Assembly (NCBI GenBank): GCA_044892505.1
Contig: CM097883.1
Span: forward strand, 151,652,001-151,716,000
Direction of reading: 5' to 3'
DNA length: 64,000 nucleotides
DNA from: Schmidtea nova
Taxonomy: Eukaryota
Positions 23,601 through 35,625 of this stretch are shown here, in pieces. Position numbers and translations under genes: made by a program. The notes beneath the pieces were generated by a model. It had not been told where the DNA came from. It was given only the letters and a program-made list of their open reading frames with translations, and searched no databases. The stretch's first letter is position 1, and each line of letters begins with the position of its first letter.

Positions 23601-25102
23601 TTTTGTCCTTAAAGTGTCCTTAAACCATAACTTCACATTAAAATGTCCTTAAATCGACCTTGACCTACTTTTTTGTTCTTAAAGTGTCCTTAAACCATAA
23701 ATTTGACTTTAAATTCACCTTAAAATGTCCTTAAATCGACATTGACCTAATTTTTTGACCTGAAAGTGTCATCATAGTGACCTTAAGCGAAAAATTTGAC
23801 CTTGAATTCACCTTAAGCAAAAAATTTGACCTTAAAATGACCTTAATTTGACCTACATAAAAAAAATTTCTAGAGGGGGTCTTGACCTATATCTGGCGGG
23901 CTCACTTCCTACTACTGCTGTTGGACCTGCTTTACGTCTTGCCTTTACTACTCTGACTCCAAGGATAGAGAAATTAGTCAGTGAAAAAGAAAAAGAGCAA
24001 TCTCATTGATTTAGGTCAATGTTTTGCCAATTTAAAAAATATATATTTCTTTAATTTTGTTTTAATTATTCTGTAATTTTCTATAATCTTTCTGAATGAT
24101 TTATTTTGTGATTATATTTATATATGTAAACATATGTAGTAATAAATAAATTGTTAAATACATAAAAGATACTATTGAGTTTTGTTTAATTAATTAAAAA
24201 AATGTTTTCAAAGGTCCGCGTTGAAAAAATAGATATTTTATTGGTCCGCGGTACGTTTTCGGTTGAGAAACGCTGGAATAAACTGAATTTTTTTATAAAT
24301 ACACCATCGATAAGCAAATTAATTTAGAAAAATTCCAGGGTTATAGTGAAGAATAAGCAGGTACCAAAAAATATATAATTAAAAATAGAAATAAAAATAA
24401 TCAAAATTTCCTAATAGTCAATAGGTTCAACTCAATGATATTCGACAGCGGATATATTCAGCCTTCAGCAGTAACTGACCCTAAATAATGATAAAGTTTT
24501 ATATTGACTCTTATCAAACGTCGGAGACTATTTGGTCTATTTTGAGANNNNNNNNNNNNNNNNNNNNNNNNNNNNNNNNNNNNNNNNNNNNNNNNNNNNN
24601 NNNNNNNNNNNNNNNNNNNNNNNNNNNNNNNNNNNNNNNNNNNNNNNNNNNNNNNNNNNNNNNNNNNNNNNNNNNNNNNNNNNNNNNNNNNNNNNNNNNN
24701 NNNNNNNNNNNNNNNNNNNNNNNNNNNNNNTATTCTTTATTAAAGCCAATGCCAATTATTCATTATAATTAAAATTCTCGTACAGTGAAGTTGTAAGAAT
24801 GAACAAATTGTAACATAAATGATTCTGGGAATAAATAGGTAGAATTTCATTAAAAACAGTTTAACAATATAAATACAAGGTAATGAAATTTATTCATAAG
24901 AATAAAAATGCTTACCACAAATTTTGATAGGTGCTTCTAATTCCAAAAACGGCGGCTGCTGTAAAAATATATCCCGAGCTTTATAGCATAGAGCTTTAAT
25001 TTCTCCTTCGCTTAACAATACACTTCTACCCGGTTGTCCTCCACGAACTTCAAGCAATTTCGCTATAATTGTATCAACATTTATTGTCTCGTTTGTGTTC
25101 AT
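17601..25102 (-). CDS. PPP1C: Serine/threonine protein phosphatase 1 catalytic subunit, 320 aa; exons 25102-24916, 20774-20225, 17826-17601
   Basis: [31 protein letters not shown] and SAPNYC motifs. GT-AG junctions ICG|DIH (phase 1) and ICR|AHQ (phase 2) give a 963-nt open CDS. Confidence 0.96.
17866..18609 (-). CDS. RRM2-like (ribonucleotide reductase small subunit fold) divergent ORF nested in PP1 intron 2; single in-frame TGA at 18226-18228
   Basis: EPLL....[26 protein letters not shown] and [14 protein letters not shown] align with R2. The listed ORFs 18609-18226 and 18120-17866 are in one frame with no other stop. Confidence 0.7.
18793..19011. mobile_element. piggyBac-type MITE
   Basis: TIR CCTGTTAACCG flanked by TTAA on both sides. 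Confidence 0.8.
19185..19830. repeat. Compound minisatellite: 5 copies of a ~50-bp unit separated by CT-rich microsatellite tracts
   Basis: AATCCAAAATGTGATATTTCTAATRRCAGACCGATGGTGAYACAGRTGATT-like unit at 19185, 19370, 19491, 19616 and 19747. Confidence 0.9.
20897..21371. mobile_element. hAT-type MITE in PP1 intron 1
   Basis: TIR CAGCGCCGT; exact 8-bp TSD GGTAAACA. Confidence 0.9.
21380..24275 (+). mobile_element. Decayed hAT (Charlie-like) remnant interrupted by the 22233-23916 element
   Basis: C-terminal [18 protein letters not shown] typical of this group; right end ...GGTTGAGAAACGCTG (CAGCGTTTCTCAACC-type TIR). Left end not found. Confidence 0.55.
22233..23916. mobile_element. Non-autonomous Polinton/Maverick-type element (1.68 kb, no ORFs)
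   Basis: Termini AGTAGT...ACTACT; TIR AGTAGTWGGAAGTGAGCCCGCCAGATATAGGTCAAGACCCCCTCTAGAAA extending as long imperfect arms; exact 6-bp TSD GCTGTT; internal tandem arrays of a TGACCTACTTAATTCTGAC unit. Confidence 0.8.
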
Positions 25103-25511
25103 CTTTTCTAGTTAATTTTCTTATAACATCGCCCAAAAGAATACTTAAAAATTAAACTATAATCAATTATTTATTAATTTTTAATTCGTATGAATTGGGT
25201 TACCGTCTTTTTACATTCATTTACCTGCTTATATCTGTAGAAATGAGATTAATTAACAGGAGCTATGGCAGATGCATGACCGGAAATTGTTTTTTAATTA
25301 TTTACCAAGACTTTGAAATTGGGAATTTTTTTAATTTGGTAGTCTGATTGATGATGAATATCCAATAAAAGCATCAATATAACGGCTTAGGATACCACAA
25401 AGGAAAAAGAGATCAATTACAGAAATAGAACAGTTAATGTTTCAGAAAGAATACTACCAACTGTTTCTATAAAGATTATAGCAAATGTAGGGGGAAATCA
25501 GCGGTCTAGCA

Positions 25512-25930
25512 TAAAGTGACCAGATATTTTTTATTGGAATGCGGGACATGTTAAATAAAAAAAGCACATTAGCGGACAGGATTTTCTTAGATTTTCTTCG
25601 TGCGTTAATATAATACATTAATTAATATAAATAAAATAAAATTTACTTCTAGTAAATTAATTAAACAAAATTTTCATTCTTGTATCCATCACATAAACTT
25701 AAGTTCTTATTAAAATAATAAATTTCCTTATTAAGCAGCTTTGCAGGAAAGCGCTATCTAATATGAAGTAGAGGAACCAGAAAATTTGTAAAAATGTTAA
25801 AAGATTTAATTGAAAATGTTAAAAGCGATACATGTCTAATGCGGAACATTTTCAGGGACAGTTTTCAGTGAGGGACAAATAACTCAAATCAGGGACAGTC
25901 CCGCATAATCCGGGACGCCTGGTCAGTTTA
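25512..25930. mobile_element. hAT-type MITE
   Basis: TAAAGTGACCAG / rc TAAACTGACCAG termini, subterminal GGGACA motifs, and near-identical 8-bp flanks GTCTAGCA / GTTTAGCA. Confidence 0.7.
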
Positions 25931-26649
25931 GTTTAGCACAAACTATTTATTCCTAAACTGTATATATTACGTAAAATATATACTATACCCCTAAACTGTT
26001 TAAATAGTATTTTATTATATAATACTATATTGTTACAGAATAATGAAACAGCATGACCGATTGTATAATATTTTTGTTATGTAATCGATGATGAAACATT
26101 TTTATCTAACCAGTGACGTTATGAATCTTGTATTAATTTTTTGTATAAATGATAAAGTAATCGATGATGTAACTCATTATGTAGTTTATTTTATTATGGT
26201 GGGTTGTTGATCGCCAATATGACTTTGATGTTGATAGGAATCACATCAAAAACTCAACACATAAAACATTAGCTAACCACCTTGTTGCCCGTTACAAAGT
26301 AATGTTGGTAATGCAACACATAGGTGGACATCCAAAAACAGTGAGCGTCGAAAAATTCGAAACTGTGATTGACCGAATGTCACAATGTGTTCAAGAGCGA
26401 CTGATAGGAGATTCTTTGCCCATTTCATCCCCTACTCTCATTCTTACATCTTTGACTTATAATGTGTTAGGAAGAAAGACTAATCTCGATATTCCCTTGG
26501 AAATCTGAAAAGCCTATCACCCTCGGTCTAAACATAATATTACTATAGTTACAGATAATTACTATTATAATAGATAATAGTAAAGAAAATTAATTTATGC
26601 ATCAGAATTATAATTTATATAACAAATTTACCTTCACATCAAATAAAGT

Positions 26650-27300
26650 TAAATTACTAATACAGTGAATAGAAAACACATGTTACACGACGACACCTTA
26701 TCTAGAAGGGTAGACAATGTCATTTGAGAACGTGTTCAGGAGATTGTGAGATCAATTTTTTCCATTGACATTTTCCCAATCTGCCCCAGCACACCAGCTA
26801 TTGTCGTCTTTTGCGGCGAACTCGGACTCCCTTGCTCAGTTTCCAGTGTTTTGGTTTATCTCAAACTGCGGCAGGTGGATTGTTCTCTCCTACTCTCATT
26901 GGGAATAGTTCCAGTGACGTTAGGGTCATGTTCGGTAAAACGGCCGATATGATTCTCGTAGCGACTCGCATTCATGCAATTTCGGCGTCACTTTCTTTAA
27001 TCACCATCTTCAGTGCTCACTGTTGAACTTCGTCTTCGCTGCTTGCTTTAAGAACATTTGGATTTGACGTTTTAGCTTTTTCGTATTTTCTATGTTCGTC
27101 CACATGGCTTCCATTGACCAATATTGAGTTCAAAATTTATCCATTCGGATGGTCATATTTCTCAGCTCAGACCACATGAGCTTTCGCTCCTCCTTCATGT
27201 CTGAGAATTTGATTTTGATACGCCGGTTGCCTTGCACCGTCTCCTTGAAGTGTTTTAAAATGTCTTTCAACTTTGCCTCTGTCATCTGAAATTAATTACA
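26650..27300 (-). pseudogene. Highly degenerate transposase remnant, possibly Mutator-like
   Basis: Coding-like, GC-elevated stretch with multiple stops (ALKMVIKE...VLPN...GENNPPAA); only weak resemblance to MULE N-terminal regions. Confidence 0.3.
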
Positions 27301-27382
27301 CAAAACTCCATCATTCCAAACCAACAATTTTGAAGCTTTCATAAGATCCAAACATCATTCGATAAGTTCATCAAAACCGCAA

Positions 27383-27970
27383 ATGAATCTCACACATTCC
27401 TTTTACGTGTGTGTACAATTTCAACCATTCAGTTGTAACTCAACTCGGGCGCTTACTTATTTCAAAGACGATTTAATAATAAATAATCTTACTGAATTAT
27501 CTGATCAAATTGAAACTTTTTATCCACATCCATTTAAAGTGATTGATATTAAAGAAGGAAAATTAATTAAATTAATTCTTGAAGATGATATAACTAGTGT
27601 AAAATTTAGTAGGAATTTAGCAAATTCGTTAGGATTAGTTGAACAAGAATTCTTTGACAAAATTAATGATGGTGTATATTATCCACAAGTTTTAAAACTT
27701 CATCAACAAATGTTCATCTATACGAATATTATTCAACCAATTCTTGTTGGTGACATGTCAGTTCCCCTATTGAAATGTGTTTGGGTTGAAAAACATAAAA
27801 AGGGTGATTTGGTTAAAATTGTTGAGAAATATCCAATGTATTTACCAGTCAGTTCCACATATATAAACAATATAGAAATCAATATTCGTGACGACAGTGG
27901 AAAAATAGTTAAATTTGCAAAAGAAGACAAGACTTACTTGACATTACATTTCCGTAAAATAAATGAATAA
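27383..27970 (+). CDS. Polinton minor capsid (penton-like) protein, 5'-truncated
   Basis: MFIYTNIIQPILVGDMSVPLLK...YLPV....INNIEINIRDDSG.....LTLHFRK, the typical C-terminus of this family. Confidence 0.8.
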   Translation: MNLTHSFYVCVQFQPFSCNSTRALTYFKDDLIINNLTELSDQIETFYPHPFKVIDIKEGKLIKLILEDDITSVKFSRNLANSLGLVEQEFFDKINDGVYYPQVLKLHQQMFIYTNIIQPILVGDMSVPLLKCVWVEKHKKGDLVKIVEKYPMYLPVSSTYINNIEINIRDDSGKIVKFAKEDKTYLTLHFRKINE

Positions 27971-28340
27971 TCCAGATATTATCAGTTTCTATAGCAACAG
28001 TCAATCAGGTTTAGAATTACCGTATTTTGTAGGTAAACAATATGGAACTGGTTGGTTGAAAACGATAGGTAGATTTGCATTACGAATCCTTAGACGTATT
28101 GGAAATTTTGGTATGAAAACTGCCAATGACGTGTTAAATAATAATTCAAAGATTTTACCTGCACTAAAATCCAATGCCATTTCTGAAATTAAAGATTCAT
28201 TACCTGATGTGATTCATCAATTGCCAAAAGTAATTAATAAAGTGACTGATGTGTTTAACGAAAATAAAACTGAAAGTAAACAAAATGGCGGAATTCTTAA
28301 ACGTAAAAGAAATATGAAGAAACATATAACCAAAGAATGA
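27963..28340 (+). CDS. Polinton conserved core-like protein, 125 aa
   Basis: QYGTGW and QNGG motifs and a basic C-terminus; start overlaps the penton stop; lies between the penton and major capsid genes. Confidence 0.7.
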   Translation: MNNPDIISFYSNSQSGLELPYFVGKQYGTGWLKTIGRFALRILRRIGNFGMKTANDVLNNNSKILPALKSNAISEIKDSLPDVIHQLPKVINKVTDVFNENKTESKQNGGILKRKRNMKKHITKE

Positions 28341-28365
28341 AAGAATATGGAAAAATATTTGAAAA

Positions 28366-29402
28366 ATGATTAGTGCAAAATCTGAATTATGTCTTTTTGA
28401 CAGACCATCTCCACAAGCAGTGATTGAACATGGTGCATTTGAAGATATTTACCCAACAAATTCAATTACAGATACTGGAGCATCATCTATTCAATTTTAC
28501 ATCAATGGATCTCAAACTGAATATTTAGATTTGAACGATACTTTACTATCTCTTCAGGTCAAGGTTGTAAACAAATCGGGTGAAAATTTAGGATTGGATG
28601 CTGATCGTACTCCCAACAATTTCTTTTTCCAAACTCTTTTTAAAGAAGCCGAATTAATTTTCAATTCTACTAAAGTTGAAGGGGAAATGATACATTTACA
28701 CACAAAGCCATGATTGAAACTATTCTCAACTACAATAATGATAAAAAACGCACACCTTTAACTCCAATGGGATACAATGAACATGATCTTACTAGAAAAA
28801 CATGGATTGCAAAATCAAAGCCATTCTCAATTTGTTTTCCATTACATTTCGATTTCATGGAACAACCCAAGTACTTATTACCAGGTGTTAGTGTTCAAAT
28901 AAAATTAACGAGATCAAACCCAGCCAATAGTTTAACATGCACAAAATTGAACCTAAAATTGAATTATTAGAGGCAAAATTAATGGTTAGAAGAGTTCGAG
29001 TTGAACCATAAGTTTTGGCTGGGCATCAAATTGGACTTAATACAAGAAATGCAATTTATCCAAAAAAATAAGGAAGTTGTAGAATTTTCATTGCCAATTT
29101 GTTCTTCATCATTTTATAAAGAACAAATCTTTGGTGATAGACGATTAACAAACTTTATTCTTGTAGCATTTCAAGGAAATAAAAGACACGGTGGTCCTTT
29201 TACTGAAACTTATTCTATTTACGATCATTTTAATGTCAAATCATTAACTTTATCGAAAGAAAGTGATTATTGTGAAAAATATTCTCAAGATTTTGAAAAT
29301 GATAATTGCAGTACTAGTTATATGCAATCTATTATCCGTAACTTTGGTTACCCGAATAAGAGTATGAATTGTGGTGTTGAGGTTCCGAGAATCTCAACTT
29401 GA
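28366..29402 (+). pseudogene. Polinton major capsid (double jelly-roll, hexon-like) protein, frameshifted and truncated
   Basis: KSELCLFDRPSPQ..IE, YLDLNDTLL, FMEQPKYLLPGVSVQIKLTRS and YDHFNVKSLTL, split over three ORFs. Confidence 0.85.
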
Positions 29403-30044
29403 TGTTTCTTATATAAATAAAAAACAAGACTGGTTCTTTGAAATTTTAATTAAATTACAACAATTACAAATTTGATAAAAATAACAATTACCTCAAAGAT
29501 GATAAATTTTAGTTATTTTGTATGTACGTGTATGTGTATGTAAGTGCTTGCAGTTTCCTGAGCTCGGATGTACAAATTTTGTATGCTCTATTTTAATTTA
29601 CAAATCGTTTACCGAATTTGTAATTCTTCTTAACTGTGTAAGATTTTATTGGTGGTTTGACTGAAAAATCAGTCGGATTATATAGTAAACCCCTGTTGAC
29701 ACTCCACTTACAAATTTATCGAGCTTTTTTTTCTTTTTTATAATAATAATTATAATAAAATATATCAATAATAATACAATAATAATTTTAATAATACTAA
29801 GAATAAAACAATAAAATAATGATAATAATGATAATAATGATAAGACTTAAACACCATTAGTTCCCCGGGAACCAAATCAAAATTAAGGAATCAAATCAAA
29901 ATCAAATTAACTGTTCAGGGGAGATTTCCTATATAAGGAGATCTCAACTCAGAAATGCGGCTGCGATGGTCAAAAACAAAATTGAACGAAATAATAGTCA
30001 ATCAAAGCCAAGTGAATTTTGAGTGAAAGAGTAACAAGTTTAAT

Positions 30045-30105
30045 AAATCAAACAGACTCCTGCTAGGATTTGAATTTCAAATCCTAGCAGGAGTCTGTTT
30101 GATTT
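30045..30105. repeat. Perfect 61-bp palindrome (30-bp arms, 1-nt centre)
   Basis: AAATCAAACAGACTCCTGCTAGGATTTGAA T TTCAAATCCTAGCAGGAGTCTGTTTGATTT. Confidence 0.95.
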
Positions 30106-30500
30106 TGAAAGTTCGTTTGTGAAAAGAAATCTTGTAGCACTTGAGGTGGTTTCCCCAATTGTTATGAAAATTTTAGTGTCAATAAAGATTATTTCTGCTT
30201 AAGTTAGTTCATTGATTATTTAAAGAGCACGTGGAGAAAGAAAAAAGATTCCTACCAAAATTTGATAAAATAAACTTAACAGTCCGGCACGCTATGATGG
30301 TTACTTAGTCGATAGTAGAGTCGCTATGCGCATGCCCAGAATCAAAATCAGAAAGTAGGAAAGATAGTTATATAAAAAAATAATGGATAAAAATAATCAT
30401 GAAGTTTTGTGTGAGTATGACTTCATTTTAAGTCAATTGTAAATTTTAGTTGAAATGATGAATAATATTGTGAATCATAAAAATTTTTAATGATCATTAT

Positions 30501-31100
30501 CCCATTAATGCCCGTAATACAAAAAGTTGAAATTTTTTTCTGAAACTGAGATATTATATTCATTTGAGTATTTTAAAGATAAATCAGTGGTTAATTAAAA
30601 AAATTCAGGGTTTTCTATGTTTTCTTCGTGTATAATATTTCATACGCTGGGCACTAGTGTTTACAAAATATGGATTAAAAACACTTCTTTTTTTAAGGTT
30701 TAATAATGACAGAAATGAGTTATTATGAAACTGAAACTTCATATTAATTTTTATTATATTTGGCATCTTAAAATATATTAAAAATAATATATAGGTTTTA
30801 TTGGAGTCTCTACAAGTGAAAAAAAATAATGAATAGCAAAACCTGCCTTTTGAACGTATGTAACCATACAAAATGAATTATATACTTAATTTTGTTATTG
30901 TATTGGTATTATAAAGAGCAGAAATTTCTTTACTGGCGATGATACTGTACAAAACATGTATCAGGATGAAGTCCAACATTGAATTTGAGGCACACAAATT
31001 TGGCACATTTTCCACATGCAGCACATCGTCATTAAGTATCATTTATTTCTACAAGATGATCTTTGTCATCAATTGGTTAAATATATAAATAACGATAAAG
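30501..31100 (-). mobile_element. piggyBac transposon 3' remnant
   Basis: Minus-strand RCAACGKCAKFVCLKFNVGLHPDTCFVQYHRQ* resembles the piggyBac C-terminal Cys-rich domain; CCCATTAATGCCC terminus-like sequence at 30501. Confidence 0.6.
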
Positions 31101-32039
31101 AAAATATGGGTAATAAATTTTATAATTCATAAATTGAATTACGTAAAATAAACATAAAATTAAAAAAAATTCTTGGAGGGTCCGAATGAGAGCATGGACC
31201 AATGCACCTCGCCATAAAAAAAGTATTGTTACATCAGGTATCTAATTATAAATTTCGATTAAAAGTCTTCTGTGGTTCCTGAAATTGATTAGGACTTCCT
31301 TTGTTTCTTCAAAAAGAATATTGAATGATTCAGAAATTTCTAAAATAACTGTTTCAAATGTCTCAAATGAGTATTTCAATGTGAGTTTTAGAAAAAGTCT
31401 GAGTTGTTTTTTAAAAATAAGTGTTTTTCTAAAAAAAGTCTTTTTTTCAAAAAATAGATAATTTTTGTCCAATTTGATGGCGGTTTATAAAACAATTTTT
31501 TTCTATACTTCCTCAATGATGCACTAAATCAAATTTTGCATGGTCAAATTTTCTAATCTTTCGAAATAAATTCTTTTCATTTTTTCAAAAATTAAATTAA
31601 TATTTTTTCATAAAATGTTATTAAAGTTTTAAATAAATTTATTTTAATTTAAACATTTTAATATTAATCAAGATTCTTTACTAATTTAACAAAATTTTTT
31701 TTAAATTTTATCAACTAATTTTGTTTTACATTTTGTTTTTTATTTTAATATAAATCGAAAAATTTTTCCATAAAACTATTTGAATTTTTCCTAATTTGTG
31801 GTTAATTTTCTGTGATTATTGTTTTTGTGTTATTTTTGTGTTTTCTCGTGTATACTTGATGCAATGTGTTCATTTCAATTTTTAAACGTGTTTTAATTAA
31901 ATTGGAATGTGTTTCTGTGGTTACTTTTGTTTACTTGGTGTTATCTGTTAATATTTTAAGTTTAATTCTTGTGCCCTCTCTACTTGTTGTGTTATAACTT
32001 CAATCAAACAAGACTCGTTTGGGTTTAGTTTTTGCGCGA

Positions 32040-34480
32040 CATAATGATTAAATGCTAAGAAGGGTCCAGAAGGAGTGGGCCAAAATAACTACCACTTAGT
32101 TCTCATACTCGACAGTTTCATCAGCTAAATCAACATATTCTTCGTTTAGAGAAGGCGAAACGCGAAAGAAGAGGATAAGACCCCAGTAAAGATTATGTTA
32201 CACAAATTTAAGTGTGAGGAGGCAGGAGAATTTAACAGTCTAGACCTAGCAAATAGGATTCACTCAGTATAATCTATCCTGAGCCTAGGGGGGCCAATGG
32301 GTTTATATTGTCGAAATCAGTCCTGTCAACGATCACCGATATGATAAGCCAGAGATGACGCCGCTCCAACAAAAAGCTTAAACTCAGTAAGAAAAATAAA
32401 CAGGATGTAGAGAACCTAGATTTCATAGACTAGGACTCAGTTGATTCTGTGTGTTATAAATGTTTGCTTAGTTTTATGTGTGGTTTGGTTGACAGCTGTA
32501 AATGAGTCATTATTTTTTAAATCTCTTGAGTTGTGGATTAATGGTAATCCAAGCGAACTCCATTTACACCTAATATTTTAGAGTATATGGTTATTATACA
32601 CAAGAAAGAACCGTAATATTCCCGATAGGCAAAGCGTGTCTTCTATCGTCACAGGTCTCAAATATGTATTTTACTGACGCGAAGTGCGATAGGCACACTC
32701 ATCGTTGACGTAATCTATTAACCACATGTATACAATACCAACATAAGTGTGTCCAGATACACACTTGTGGGTATATAACGAGGAAAATATCTGGGGGAAC
32801 CATGAGAATGTAATGTACGATAGTATAGAAACAAAGGTCGAACACACATTATTTTATAAATTTATGTGAAGTATTAATATCAATAATTCCCATAATGGTA
32901 AGACTATAGATCAAAATTTCTTTAAATAAGTAAACAATATTTCGGCACAGCCTTTATCAAGTGTTTATTATGATTTAAGTAGTTATAATTGAGATAAATA
33001 TATAATTGGATATTACGCCATAAAAGGTTCTTTCATCAAATTATTTACTACATAGATAGGAACGTACCATATATTATTGATGGTAACACGATGTATTATT
33101 GGACTTCGATGATATGAAAGATAAAGAAAGAGACCTATGTAACTTGAAATAATGGTGGGACGTAGAAAACGGGTAATTTACTTTAAATCGGTCGCACTTG
33201 GACCAAAATGCGATATCCGGTCAATTACACTCCTGGGAATAATGCTCACTTTTTGCGGATGTCCACCCAATTGTTACAGTACCAATGTTGCAAGGCAACG
33301 GATAACATATGGTATACAAGTTTTATATGATGATTGCTAAGGATGAATAGGAATTATGTTTACGAGCAACACACTAATTCATAAAAATTATGATAATAAA
33401 AATATTAAATTATTAAACTTCTTTTTTTGCTACAAACTCATTTTCAATATTTTAAAGAATTTGTCTTATACAACAACATCAAACTTTAACCCAAAAATTT
33501 ACAACCCCAAACATTAACACCTTTATTCTCCTAAAATCTATAATTATGAAATTAAAACAAAACTTAACTAACACTCAATAACACCTTTATTATAGAAGTG
33601 CTGGATTAACGAATGGAGAATTATCGCATTCAATAGCGTCCACTGTGATAACTGGTTCAAAGTCAGATTAACAATTAAGAATATTTCAAAATGCATAAAA
33701 CCCCCAAATATCCCATAACATCATTCAGGAGCACTAAGATCGACCAACCATAAATGAATTAATTTCGATAATCAAACTTTTTCCGACAGTCGGAGTAAAA
33801 CTATTTCACTTATAGCCAAAGGAATTATATATGAACCAACGGAAAAGACTAAAGTTTAAAAAGATGAAACGAAATTGATTCCTAAAATATCCATAAAATA
33901 CGTAATAAAGTGAAATGCCATAACATTTTCCCTTCAAAATCTATCTGATAATTAGAACTAAAAGGCCATATAACCTAAATTATATACAACATTTCCATTT
34001 TCTAATTTGATGAGTAAGCATTAGTGTATTTATGTTGTATGATGGAGATGAAAGACGAATTTAAAAAGATGAATATGAGACTTCAGACTAGAATTAAGCT
34101 GGGAAAAGATGCAAGTCGAGATTCAACAAGACAAATTTATCCAGAAATGTCCGTGGATGGAGGTTACATGGTTCCCTTCTTACCGCATGAATAAGATAAT
34201 TTAGTAGTGCAATCCCTCCAGTAGCAATTGAGAGAACAGGAAGTGACCACCCGCGAAGAGGCGGTGATCGATAAAAAGAGGATTGACCTTTCAATCAATT
34301 ATACTTATTAATCAGTCAACGGTCACCTTTTGCAAGAACCCATCCTTTGTGCTACAGTACATACATTGCTTAACGATCGGTATCGAGTGCTAATATGATT
34401 TTGACATAGTTATAACCACCAGTAACCCAAAACTTGTATGAAGCTCATGACAGTAGTTGATAATCCACCATTCTCAATAT
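32040..34480 (+). pseudogene. Very old non-LTR retrotransposon remnant (possible APE endonuclease / RT)
   Basis: GC-elevated, stop-riddled segment with traces such as LVG.YNEENIWG resembling the APE GDFNAH..WG motif; no intact motif. Confidence 0.3.
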
Positions 34481-35286
34481 TTTGAGGACTCAGAAATTAA
34501 TATAATATTATAGACCCGATAATAAAAGTAATTATAGTTATTGTTAATAGAGAAAATATCAAAAATCTTGTTCAAAATAAAGAATGGAAATAAAAAATAT
34601 TATTAACCCTAAAATGGAAAATAAAATATATTTTAAAATGTATTTTCTGAACTGTTTTGTTAGATATGTTTGAACCGAAATAATTGTTACGGTGACAAAC
34701 AGTAACTGCATATGTTGTATATAAAGGAACATTATTTTCTATCTTAAATTGGGTACTTTTTGAAGGCCTCACGTGTAAGTTTTTAAAATTCTTCATTCCT
34801 ACAGGGCATCTGAAATATTTGTTACTTTTTATAGACATGTCATTTGATACACTTGCAGTCACAAACCAATGGATAATGGAGTGAAAGATGTTATAAAAAT
34901 TATTAATATTTATTGATATTGATCTTATAATTGATTTATTGATATTGAATTTTTTATTGATTGATTAATTATTGATATTATTGATTTAGAAAATACAAAG
35001 GAATAGTATTTTAAAAAGCTTTTTGGTGTTCGTAAAGAATTGGAAAATCAGGAAGAACTGTCTTGTTTAAAACGAAATGTTTTTATATCGAAAAATTAGT
35101 TGAGAAGAGTTACAACCAAAAAACACAAACCAGCCCTAAATATTGACCAAAATGACATAATTTATCAATTTATTAATCCGATTAAATACTAAAAATGAAT
35201 ACAAAAAATAATCACAGAAAAACCATTCAAAACGCAATCATAAATAAAATACATTCAATATCGAACAATAAAGATGATGAAAGTCA

Positions 35287-35625
35287 TCAATTTGAATAGG
35301 AGGGATCTCTAAGAAGTTTCAGAGCAGCAGCCTCTCTGGAACTCAGTTTGGTATCGCCTTCTTCAGAAACTATTTGTAATCCTTGACAATCGAAACTACA
35401 AATCCATGTTTTCGATTTAGTATCGGCATAATGCAACTCTAATTTCATATCTGCGTCTAAAAACGCGTTATTTATAATAGTCCAGGCTGGACTCGAATGA
35501 TTATTTTGTCTTATACTGTTAGCTTTGCAGACGATTGACTTGATTTTCTCTTCTCTTTCATGACAAATGTATTTAATATTCCTTGGCATGGAAAATCCAA
35601 AGTTAACTTTCGGTGGAGTTTTCAA
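35287..35625 (-). CDS. Possible dsRNA-binding-domain-like exon or fragment, 112 aa
   Basis: WICSFDCQGLQIVSEEGDTKLSSREAAALKLL resembles the dsRBM C-terminal G.xK..A...AA..AL pattern. Confidence 0.35.
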   Translation of the reverse strand: MKTPPKVNFGFSMPRNIKYICHEREEKIKSIVCKANSIRQNNHSSPAWTIINNAFLDADMKLELHYADTKSKTWICSFDCQGLQIVSEEGDTKLSSREAAALKLLRDPSYSN

